Shown here piece after piece: positions 47,779-55,906 of a stretch of DNA of 64,000 bases. The stretch is taken from NCBI GenBank assembly GCA_964541225.1, contig CAZIPN010000001.1, positions 39,863 to 103,862 on the forward strand, written 5' to 3'. Origin of the DNA: an uncultured Eubacteriales bacterium. GTDB lineage: Bacteria > Actinomycetota > Coriobacteriia > Anaerosomatales > JAAXUF01. The stretch's first letter is position 1, and every line of letters begins with the position of its first letter. Below the pieces are notes generated by a model. The model saw only the letters and a program-made list of their open reading frames with translations. It did no database searches and was not told where the DNA came from. The position numbers and the translations under genes are program-made.

Positions 47779-49296
47779 TCAGCTGTCGGCGTCGGGCTCC
47801 GACCCTTCGGCAGATGCTCGCTTCTCAAACCTGTTCAAGAACTCAACCCTGTTGACGACGTCAACCTGAAGCACTTTGGCCAGACGGCGATACTCGGCGT
47901 CTTCGGTGCACAGGACGGGCAGTCGCTTCGCGATCGACAAGATGATGGCAGTCGGCAGGTCGATCTCCATCTTCTCCATCAGGTCCCTGACGTCGGACTC
48001 CGAGTACGGTGTCGCCTCAAGTACCCTCGCGAGATCGACCTCTCCCTGCGTGATCTCCTTGAGGCGCTCATAGTCTTCCTCGGTCACGAACCACTTGCGG
48101 CGGTCGTGCACGAGGAGATCGAGTTCCTCGGCAGTCTCAAGCGCATGAATGAAGTCCGCTGTCGCGAAGAACTTCTTGCGCCGCAGGAACAGAAGGAGCG
48201 GAAGCAGGAGCAGTGGCAGGATGCACAGCCACCAGTTGCCACCCAGATGCGGCAGTGGAACCGGCGAGAGCTGCTCGGGCCACCCCCACACTTGGATTCG
48301 GCCGTTTGAAGTGTCGGCTATGAAGATCTTATTGTTCGAGGCGACGGAGCACCCGTTCGGATAGCTGAACTGGCCGTCAAGAATGCCCTCTTCGCCGAAG
48401 CTGACGATCTTGTCCCCCTTGGCAGACCAGATTGTTGCATCGTGAGAAAGCGTGTCGATGATCACGAAACGCTCCGGGCTGGTGGCCTTGTCTCCCGGGA
48501 AGGGATTCAGGAAGTCAATGCCGCGAGGAAGACCCTGTGTCACGATGATCTTCTTGAAGTTGCCATCCTTGTCAAAGACCTGCACACGACGGTTATTGCT
48601 GTCGGCGATGTAGACGAGCCCCTTGTGGTAGACGATGCCGTTGGGAAATTGGAACAGCCCCGGCATCTTGCCCGCATCGTTGACGATTCCCACGTTGCCC
48701 ACGGACTTCTTGAACGTGCCATCCGGCCCAAAGATCAGCAGTCTGTGCCCATTCAGTATCTCCGTGACATAGAGCGTCCCGTCCGGGGCAAACGCTAGAG
48801 CGACAGGAGCCCACTGGACGCCGTTTGTCTTGAACTTCGGCAGCTGGTTCTTGGGCAGATTCGGATTGAAGTCGCCGAGATACTTGCCGTTGAGATTGAA
48901 CCGCATGATCTTGCGCAGTCGGCGGTCTGTGACATAGAGCTCGTTGTTCACAGGATCGCGCGCGATGTTGAGCGGGATCACGGTCTGAGAGGCGCCGAAG
49001 CTCTTCTGGAAATTGCCCGCCTGGTCAAAGACGAGAATTCGGCGCCCTGCGGAGTCGCATGTGTACACCGTGTTGCCATCGACGTAGACGCCGATGGGCC
49101 GTTGGAGTTTGACCGTGCTGCCCGCAAACGAGTACAGAAACTGCGGCGGCTGAATGACGTCCGGAGAGTTCGACGCAAGCAGATTGAACTTGAGCTGGTG
49201 TGTTGCCTTGTAATAGGTGAAGTACGTGCCTATCAAGGCAAGCAGAACGACCAGGACCGCGATGACCGCGACCTTTCGTTTCTGTGAAGTGGTCAA
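47779..49296 (-). CDS. NHL-repeat beta-propeller protein flanked by two TM helices, with a C-terminal cytoplasmic domain of unknown function
   Basis: The N-terminal TM is VAVIAVLVVLLALIGTYF. Six NHL-like blades follow (P.G.....G..YV.D..N.R...F). The second TM is WWLCILPLLLLPLLLFL, then about 140 aa. The TTG start has GGAGG 5 nt upstream. Confidence 0.8.
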   Translation of the reverse strand: MTTSQKRKVAVIAVLVVLLALIGTYFTYYKATHQLKFNLLASNSPDVIQPPQFLYSFAGSTVKLQRPIGVYVDGNTVYTCDSAGRRILVFDQAGNFQKSFGASQTVIPLNIARDPVNNELYVTDRRLRKIMRFNLNGKYLGDFNPNLPKNQLPKFKTNGVQWAPVALAFAPDGTLYVTEILNGHRLLIFGPDGTFKKSVGNVGIVNDAGKMPGLFQFPNGIVYHKGLVYIADSNNRRVQVFDKDGNFKKIIVTQGLPRGIDFLNPFPGDKATSPERFVIIDTLSHDATIWSAKGDKIVSFGEEGILDGQFSYPNGCSVASNNKIFIADTSNGRIQVWGWPEQLSPVPLPHLGGNWWLCILPLLLLPLLLFLRRKKFFATADFIHALETAEELDLLVHDRRKWFVTEEDYERLKEITQGEVDLARVLEATPYSESDVRDLMEKMEIDLPTAIILSIAKRLPVLCTEDAEYRRLAKVLQVDVVNRVEFLNRFEKRASAEGSEPDADS

Positions 49297-49386
49297 CGTT
49301 GCCTCCGGAGGTGGCCGAACAAGTCGTCGCTCGGTGATGCAATCATGGTTGAACCGTCATCTTCCTTGGATCATCTCAGCCAGCTG

Positions 49387-50496
49387 CTACTTCGCCTTGG
49401 CTTTCTTCGCGGCACGACGCGCGGCGTCGTTCTTCGCTTTGGTCAGAACCGCAACCTGTTTCGTCAGTGCCGAGATCTGGGCCTGGACCTCGGCATCTTT
49501 GGGGTTGAGCTTGGCCGCCTGCTGGAACACGTCGAGCGCGTCTTTGGGATTGCCGCGCTTCACAAGGATTTGACCGTGCAGCTTCGCGGCCTCGAAGCTC
49601 TTGTCGTCCAGGTTGCGAGCAACCAAGACGTCAGTGAGTGCTCCTTCGATTTCACCGGAAGCAAGGGCCTTCTTCGCCTTGTCGATCCACTCAGAAGCCG
49701 ACCCGTAGGCGTCAAGCGCTTGCCTGGGCGGATCCGAGCCGGGTGCGAGCTTCACGGCCTGCGCAAACTGGTACGACGCGTTGACGTCGTCCTTCTTCTG
49801 TTGGTACAGCTGCCCCAGGAAATAGCGAGCCTCCGCGAAGCCAGGATCAAACTGCAACCCTATCTCCAACTGATGGATCGCATCGTCGGTGGCGCCAAGC
49901 CCTTGCAGTGCCTTGGCAAGTTGGTAGTACGAGTCTGATGAATCGCGACGCAGCTGCAAGGCCGCTTTGAAGTTGGCCGCCGCTTCGGAGTAGTTCTTGT
50001 CCCCCAAGGCCAGAACCCCGAGATTGTAGAAAGCCTGCTCGCGCACGGAGCTCAGGCCGGCATACTCCGAACCATCGGTCACGGAAATGACCTTCTGAAA
50101 GTACGTCTTGGCCGACGAGTTGTTCTTGGTCAGCATCGCGACCATTCCGAGATCGAGGTACGCACCCGAGTGATTCGGGTTGATCTTCAGAGCCGCATTG
50201 AACTGCTCGATCGCCTGCTGGTACTTGCCGAGCGCCCCGTAGGCTTCTCCCAGGCGCACCCGCAGCACGACGTCATTTGGGGACTTGCGCACCTGGCTTT
50301 CCAGCGCGGCAGCGATTCTGCCCGAAGCACTGCTGGCCTCTTGCGCCTGGCGATCGCGGTAGACGCTGTACGCGAAGACCATAGCCACGCCCAAGACGAG
50401 AACCACGAGTACTGCGACGGCGATGTTCAGCCATCGGTCCACTCGAGCTGGTTGTGGGACGTCAAGAGAGGCGGTCTCAGAGCCGGAATGAGTCAT
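49387..50496 (-). CDS. Membrane-anchored TPR-repeat protein with a Lys/Ala-rich C-terminal tail
   Basis: TM helix WLNIAVAVLVVLVLGVAMVFAY, then about 7 TPR units (e.g. LGEAYGALGKYQQAIEQFNAALKINPNHSGAYLDLGMV). The start is ATG 50496 or 50565. Confidence 0.75.
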   Translation of the reverse strand: MTHSGSETASLDVPQPARVDRWLNIAVAVLVVLVLGVAMVFAYSVYRDRQAQEASSASGRIAAALESQVRKSPNDVVLRVRLGEAYGALGKYQQAIEQFNAALKINPNHSGAYLDLGMVAMLTKNNSSAKTYFQKVISVTDGSEYAGLSSVREQAFYNLGVLALGDKNYSEAAANFKAALQLRRDSSDSYYQLAKALQGLGATDDAIHQLEIGLQFDPGFAEARYFLGQLYQQKKDDVNASYQFAQAVKLAPGSDPPRQALDAYGSASEWIDKAKKALASGEIEGALTDVLVARNLDDKSFEAAKLHGQILVKRGNPKDALDVFQQAAKLNPKDAEVQAQISALTKQVAVLTKAKNDAARRAAKKAKAK

Positions 50497-50701
50497 TCGA
50501 TGCCTTACCTCTACGTATTCCTTGAGGCGCCGAGACCCGCTCGAGACCTCAACGGGGGCGGCCAAACCAGATGCACGCTATCCATGCGCTCGGTCCGTGT
50601 CAACGGGACACCCTGGGGCGAATCACTGCCGCTGCACCTGAACGCACGAGCGAATGCCGTGCCTCCGGTTCTCACATGGCGGTCGTCAATGAGCCGTCGC
50701 A

Positions 50702-52324
50702 TCAGATTCCTAGGTTCTTGTGACATCGGAGGCACAGCTCCGCACCACGATAGGGGGCAATGGTGTTGTTCAGGGGGTCAACCGCCCCGTGACACTGGTA
50801 GCACAATCGCAGGTCATGCCCTTGCTGAAGCTCGAGTTTGCGCGCCGCTGCGCTCGTACCGAAAGACACATGGCAGTCAAAACAGTGATAGGGCCGCCCC
50901 TTCTTCTTCGCCACATTGAAGTGGACGGCATGTTCGGCGATCCCCTTGTCCTGAATGGATGTTGGTGGCTGCTGTGCCGCCTCGGGGTGGCAACCCACGC
51001 AACTCGAAGCCACGAGCTCTGCATTGGCCACCTTCTGGTGGTGGCAGTTCTGGCACGTCTGCCGGTCCGTATGACAGATGTTGCAGTCGGCGCTGCTAAC
51101 ACCCGGCTCGGGCTTGTGGTTCTCGATCCAGTTGGCCGGATGCGGCATGGTCGTCTTGTGACACCGCCGACAGGAAGCGTCGTCGTGGCACGCGCCGCAA
51201 TCCCCTTTCTTGGCGATGAAGAGCTTGCCATGCTGAGCCTGCCAATCTCCCTTCTGATGTGACTTCGGGACCACCGGCTGCTTGGGCGCGCCCGGACTCT
51301 TGCTCTTGCCTTGGTGACATTGCACGCAGAACTGAGTCTTGTGGCACATCGAGCAGTACGATGGGTCGCTGCCAGCCCTGTCCTTGTGACCGCTCGCAAT
51401 GAATCGCGCTGTGTGGTTGTTCGGTGTCAGCTTGAACCCGGGCGGATGGCACTTGTTGCACTCAGCCGTGGCGACTAGTCCCTGACTCTGGTGCTGCAGC
51501 CCATGGCAGCGATAGCACGACTGCATGTCTGGCTTGACGGGCCCGCTCGCGGTGTGACCGAACGTGGGATGGCACGTCTCGCAGGCGTAGTCGCGCTGCA
51601 GGTGCACTGCGTGTGCGAAGATCAGCCGCCCAGGCACGATGTTGTCGAGATCCGGATGACAGTACTGACATTGCGCCATGTTGGTCGGTCCACTTGGATA
51701 GATCTTGACCGACGCGGGCTGCGGACGCTGGGCAACAACCGAGACGTACGCGTCAGCCAAAGCGGCGATCTTGACGCCCTTCTTCGCGTGACAGTCGTTG
51801 CAATCCTTGCTTGCCGTGTGGCACATCATGCATTGGTTCACGCCGCCACGACGCGCCAGCTCCGCGTGCGCTTTCCCGCTGAAAGACTTCGCAGGTTGAT
51901 GGTCGGCTGGCACGAGATCGAACGACGGCGTATGACACTTGTCGCACTCGGCAGTCGCGAGCGGACCTTGGGGTCCGTGACTCACCCCGTGGCACGCGAA
52001 GCACACTTCCATCGGCACCGAGTCCGTCGCTCCGTTCTGGTGGGGTATCCGCGAGTGGCACCCATCGCACGAAATCAGAAGGTGATTGCCGTGGTTGAAC
52101 ATCAACCCCGGCTTCTTCACCGTTCCTAGGTCAAGATGGCACGGTGTGCACTGTGACGAGTCGGTGACTGGCGCCCCAGTGTCGATGACGGGGCCCGCCG
52201 ACGTTGCCGAGCCGCTGTCTGCGGCCAGAGTCCCCGTGGCCGAAACAAGCACGAAGGTCACCGCCGCAAGCGCCACGGCGACTGCAATCACCCTCCTGCT
52301 CAGTTGTCCACTTCCACGACTCAC
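50702..52324 (-). CDS. Multiheme c-type cytochrome with 20 CxxCH motifs
   Basis: 20 CxxCH were counted in the translation. There is an N-terminal anchor or signal (VIAVAVALAAVTFVLV). I trimmed the start to GTG 52324, 20 nt after the upstream stop; the tracked ORF overlaps the upstream gene by 113 nt. Confidence 0.85.
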   Translation of the reverse strand: MSRGSGQLSRRVIAVAVALAAVTFVLVSATGTLAADSGSATSAGPVIDTGAPVTDSSQCTPCHLDLGTVKKPGLMFNHGNHLLISCDGCHSRIPHQNGATDSVPMEVCFACHGVSHGPQGPLATAECDKCHTPSFDLVPADHQPAKSFSGKAHAELARRGGVNQCMMCHTASKDCNDCHAKKGVKIAALADAYVSVVAQRPQPASVKIYPSGPTNMAQCQYCHPDLDNIVPGRLIFAHAVHLQRDYACETCHPTFGHTASGPVKPDMQSCYRCHGLQHQSQGLVATAECNKCHPPGFKLTPNNHTARFIASGHKDRAGSDPSYCSMCHKTQFCVQCHQGKSKSPGAPKQPVVPKSHQKGDWQAQHGKLFIAKKGDCGACHDDASCRRCHKTTMPHPANWIENHKPEPGVSSADCNICHTDRQTCQNCHHQKVANAELVASSCVGCHPEAAQQPPTSIQDKGIAEHAVHFNVAKKKGRPYHCFDCHVSFGTSAAARKLELQQGHDLRLCYQCHGAVDPLNNTIAPYRGAELCLRCHKNLGI

Positions 52325-52343
52325 GCCAGCAGAACTCCTGTTC

Positions 52344-53672
52344 CTAAAGCCCGAGGGCTCCCTTGATCGTGGCGATCTGCCGGATCGCCCAGTTCTCCTC
52401 CTGGGCCTCCGGCTTGCGATGAATGAGTTGCTTGGCTTGGCTGGCGAATTCCTCACTCGAGCCCTTGTGACAGCCAGGCTGACCGCACGTGTTGCCCAAG
52501 TTGGCTGGATTCACCGTCGATTTGGGATCCTGGTGCGCCAAGGACAGGTGCGAGCCGTGGCACTGCCAGCACGCTGGGGCGTCCGGCGCACCATCCTTGT
52601 AGGGCTGCCCATGGTAGTAGTCGTCGAAGGAGTTGTATTTGTCGAGGTGGCAGCGAGCGCACACCCGATAGGCATCGGCGTGCATTCTCGCCTTGCCGTC
52701 AGCGGTGTCGAGCGAGTAAATGAAATGCCCCCCGTGGCACGAACCACACGTGGCCGCGTTGTAGTCACCGCTTCGTATCTTCTGCGCGTGAGTCGATCCC
52801 TCGTAGTCGGCAACCGGCTGCGACAGCTTCCTGTCCTTGAGACTCTGGTGGCACGTGGCGCACTGAAGCCCGGCGTTCACGTTCCAGAGCTTGGTCGCTG
52901 CAGGAATCGAGTCGTATCGAAAGTCCGGGTGACACTGCTGGCACGTGATCTGGTAGTGAACCGACTCGTCAACCCCGGTGACCTGAAACGACTGGTCCGT
53001 GCCTCCCACGGGGGCGATCAGAGTCGAGTCCCCATGGCACGCATAGCAACCCGATCTCGCGTCCGGCTCGCCTGGATCGTAGGACCACCCGGACGCAGGC
53101 GTCCACGAGACCTTCGCACGCTCATGACACGTGGTGCAATCGGACTGCTGATGGCACATCATGCAGTCCTTGGTGACGTCGCTTCTCGCCTGTCCGGCGT
53201 GGCCGCGCCCTGCCCAGTCGGCAGTCCCCCCGTAGGGACACGATAGTTGCGCCTTGGGGGTGTTGTGGCATGCGCCACAGTCCGACTTCGCGATCACTCC
53301 CTGGGGTCCGTGATGCAGCCCATGGCAGTTCATGCACACCTTCATGGTGGGGCGCTGCGTTCCGCTCTTCTGATGCGGAAACTTCGTGTGGCAGTCGCTG
53401 CACTGCATCTTCACGTGGTAGCCGTGGGAGAACTTGATGTCGATCGCGAAGCTTGGGGCGGGATCGTAGTTCGCGTGGCACTTCGCGCACACGTCCTCTT
53501 CCACCTGCATGTTCTGGAGCTGGTCAAGCTGATTGAGAATGTCGGCCACCGGAATTCGGGGGCCGCTCGACTCCTCTGCCAGCGCGGGTGTTGCACTGAA
53601 CACGATCCCCGCCAGCATTGCGGCAACTACTGCCACCGCAAGAAGCCATGGAAACCTCAATCGAGCGTACAT
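52344..53672 (-). CDS. Multiheme c-type cytochrome with 12 CxxCH plus 1 CxxxxCH
   Basis: Signal peptide MYARLRFPWLLAVAVVAAMLAGIVFSATPALA. 12 canonical motifs, plus CGQPGCH at the position where the paralog upstream has CSQCH. Confidence 0.85.
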   Translation of the reverse strand: MYARLRFPWLLAVAVVAAMLAGIVFSATPALAEESSGPRIPVADILNQLDQLQNMQVEEDVCAKCHANYDPAPSFAIDIKFSHGYHVKMQCSDCHTKFPHQKSGTQRPTMKVCMNCHGLHHGPQGVIAKSDCGACHNTPKAQLSCPYGGTADWAGRGHAGQARSDVTKDCMMCHQQSDCTTCHERAKVSWTPASGWSYDPGEPDARSGCYACHGDSTLIAPVGGTDQSFQVTGVDESVHYQITCQQCHPDFRYDSIPAATKLWNVNAGLQCATCHQSLKDRKLSQPVADYEGSTHAQKIRSGDYNAATCGSCHGGHFIYSLDTADGKARMHADAYRVCARCHLDKYNSFDDYYHGQPYKDGAPDAPACWQCHGSHLSLAHQDPKSTVNPANLGNTCGQPGCHKGSSEEFASQAKQLIHRKPEAQEENWAIRQIATIKGALGL

Positions 53673-53718
53673 CGTGCGCTTGCCCTTCCTTCCGCCAGCA
53701 TCACAGACGAAGTCGGCC

Positions 53719-54792
53719 CTACGATCCGCCTATGCGGAATGCCGACAAGACACCACGAAACGCTCCCTGGATGGCGGCCGTGGCCGTGTCGACTGCCGAG
53801 ACAATCGGATTCTGCTGATAGAGAGCCTTCTGTGAGTGGATCAGCTGAGCGTATTGCACGAATCCCTGCCCCGCGTCCTTGTGGCACTGCGAACACGTTG
53901 CGACGAGATTCTCGGAGCTGGTCATTGAGTCGCGGTTGCTCGAGGGCAAGACGAGATGCGCGTTGTGACACTGCCAACAGGCGGGCGCGTCCGGCGCCCC
54001 GCGCTGGTAGGCTGCCCCGTGGTAGTAGTCGCTGTAATCCGCAGACGCCCGAGCGTGGCACTTTCCGCACATCGTCATCGCCGAGGCGCGCAGAGCCTCG
54101 CGGCCCGCTGCATCATTCTTCGCAGGAATGGAATGTCCCTGGTGGCAGTCCCCGCACACAGGCTTCGGCTTGCCGGGCGCAGACGAGTTCGCCGAACCAG
54201 CAGTTGCAGAAGCGCTTGTACTTCCAACGGTGGAATGGACGCTCCGTGCCCACTCCTGGAACTCGGCCGTGTGACAGCTCTTACACGAGCTCTTCGCGAT
54301 GGCCCGCCAATTCTGACCATCCGTCGCGTTGGCATGGGGGGTCTTGTACGTGAAGTCAACATGACAGTCCGTGCACAGCAGCTTCGCGTGCGCCGACCCC
54401 TGAAGAGCAAGCGTGTTGACGTACATGCTCACGACTTTCCCGCCGATGACCCTCACAAGGTTCCTGTTGCCGTGGCACACAAGACATCCGGACTTGCCGG
54501 CGCTTCCGATGCTCCAGTCCAGGCTGTATGCGGCGCGTGCGCTCTTCGATCCGGGAGTGACGGGTGTGGTGTACACCCCGCTCTCGTTCACGCCGGGGGG
54601 AACGTAGGTCGGGGCAACTAGGCCAAACGTGTTGTGTTTGGGAACCGTCGGCGTCTGTGACGCACTCTGAGCGAGCGCGGGATTCGGCGTGTAGACGGGT
54701 GCTTCCGGATATTGGAACGCCGCGAACGCAGGACTCGGCAACAGAAGAACCACCAAGAGCGAGAGCGTTGCGAGTATGTCGCGGACGAACAT
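53719..54792 (-). CDS. Multiheme c-type cytochrome with 7 CxxCH
   Basis: Signal peptide MFVRDILATLSLLVVLLLPSPAFA. The seven motifs are CLVCH, CTDCH, CKSCH, CGDCH, CGKCH, CWQCH and CSQCH. The C-terminal half is paralogous to the 12-heme protein (SDYYHGAAYQRGAPDAPACWQCHNAH). Confidence 0.85.
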   Translation of the reverse strand: MFVRDILATLSLLVVLLLPSPAFAAFQYPEAPVYTPNPALAQSASQTPTVPKHNTFGLVAPTYVPPGVNESGVYTTPVTPGSKSARAAYSLDWSIGSAGKSGCLVCHGNRNLVRVIGGKVVSMYVNTLALQGSAHAKLLCTDCHVDFTYKTPHANATDGQNWRAIAKSSCKSCHTAEFQEWARSVHSTVGSTSASATAGSANSSAPGKPKPVCGDCHQGHSIPAKNDAAGREALRASAMTMCGKCHARASADYSDYYHGAAYQRGAPDAPACWQCHNAHLVLPSSNRDSMTSSENLVATCSQCHKDAGQGFVQYAQLIHSQKALYQQNPIVSAVDTATAAIQGAFRGVLSAFRIGGS

Positions 54793-54820
54793 GCGGAGTT
54801 CTCTCTCGTATCGTGCGCTG

Positions 54821-55726
54821 CTAGACGTGTTCCGGCTCATCGAAGATTGGCGTGTCCTCGTGGCCATGCTCAAGATCGTGTGGGGTGCCCGAGTGGTGCT
54901 CGGCACCAGTGAGACCAAAGAAGTCCTGGAAGGCTGGGAAGTCCTCGCTCAGCGCAAGATAGACGTGCACGGTCGTCAAGATGATGAACAGCCAGCAGAT
55001 CACGTAGTGCGCGGTACGTGCGTACCAGCCGGCAAGATCGGTTGATCCGACTATCCCGCCAAGCCACCAGCCGAGAAGGAGATCTCGAGGCGTCACCCCG
55101 GAATGCCCAAAGGTCGTGATGGCGCCGGTAAACGGGATCGTGTACGTCAGCAGTGCCAGTCCGGTGAACGCCTGTAGCACAAGCAGTGGAACGAACGTCG
55201 TGTACGTCATCTTCTGCATGACGTTGTACTTGCCGAAATGTGGCTTCTTCTCAGGGGGGATCAGGAAGAGGTAGTAGGCAATGACCTTAGGGGCGGTGGT
55301 GATGTCGCGACGCGTGATCGCGAACTCCTTGTAGTCACGCCGCTTGGACCCAAAGGCGTACCACAGCCGAACGATCAGGTTGATGATGACAATGACCATC
55401 GCGACGTAGTGGACCCAGCGCATACCCCAACGCGCGTACGGACCCTTCACAAACGGAAGCAGCCCAGGAAACCTGATGTACATGCCCGAAACCACCAGTG
55501 CGATCATGGCTGCAACATGCTGAAAGTGAAGGAGCTTGGGGGTTGCCGGGATCGGACCGCCCTCGTGATGCGGCCATTCCTTCTTGATGAAGCGGCGTTT
55601 CGCTCGGCCGCTTATGACGTTGCCGATGAGATGCAGCAGCAGACCGACAACCAAACAGGCGTACAACGCCGTGAATATGACGTCGAACCACACATTCAGT
55701 TGGGTCATCAGCACGGCCGCCGGCAC
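54821..55726 (-). CDS. Integral membrane cytochrome b-type subunit (FdnI/HydC Ni_hydr_CYTB-like), putative quinol-interacting subunit
   Basis: About 5 TM helices with conserved His in TM segments (LHLIGN, LHFQHVAAM, WVHYVAMV, HYVICW). It is the first gene of the cytochrome operon. GTG 55726 has AGGAG 7 nt upstream. Confidence 0.65.
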   Translation of the reverse strand: MPAAVLMTQLNVWFDVIFTALYACLVVGLLLHLIGNVISGRAKRRFIKKEWPHHEGGPIPATPKLLHFQHVAAMIALVVSGMYIRFPGLLPFVKGPYARWGMRWVHYVAMVIVIINLIVRLWYAFGSKRRDYKEFAITRRDITTAPKVIAYYLFLIPPEKKPHFGKYNVMQKMTYTTFVPLLVLQAFTGLALLTYTIPFTGAITTFGHSGVTPRDLLLGWWLGGIVGSTDLAGWYARTAHYVICWLFIILTTVHVYLALSEDFPAFQDFFGLTGAEHHSGTPHDLEHGHEDTPIFDEPEHV

Positions 55727-55839
55727 CCCCTTACTCCTGGGTTGCTAGACCAATTCGAGGAAAGGCTGGTCTCGCGGGACGGCAAGCCTGACCTGGAAGC
55801 CCGCATCCATGCCGGTGGCGTGCGGCACCGTCCGCGCGT

Positions 55840-55857
55840 TTGTAACAGTAGTTACAG
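55840..55857 (-). promoter_or_regulatory. Rex-type operator candidate in the cyt b/multiheme operon promoter (gene strand CTGTAACTACTGTTACAA)
   Basis: TGTAAC-N4-GTTACA palindrome, 5 nt downstream of the predicted -10 and 114-131 nt upstream of the GTG start. Confidence 0.55.
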
Positions 55858-55862
55858 ACACC

Positions 55863-55892
55863 AGTCTACGGAGCGCCAGGGCGCAGTGTCAA
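55863..55892 (-). promoter_or_regulatory. Predicted promoter of the cyt b/multiheme operon (TTGACA-18 nt-TAGACT)
   Basis: On the gene strand, TTGACA is at 55892-55887 and TAGACT at 55868-55863. By eye only. Confidence 0.4.
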
Positions 55893-55906
55893 CGAGGCAC
55901 GATCGC

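Noticed and set aside
47484-47855. 123-aa + strand ORF in the long intergenic region between the NHL gene and the hydrogenase operon.
   Set aside because: It overlaps the predicted promoter, operator and terminator hairpin and runs into the NHL gene's 3' end. It has no RBS, and its translation is Arg/Pro/Thr/Ser-rich.
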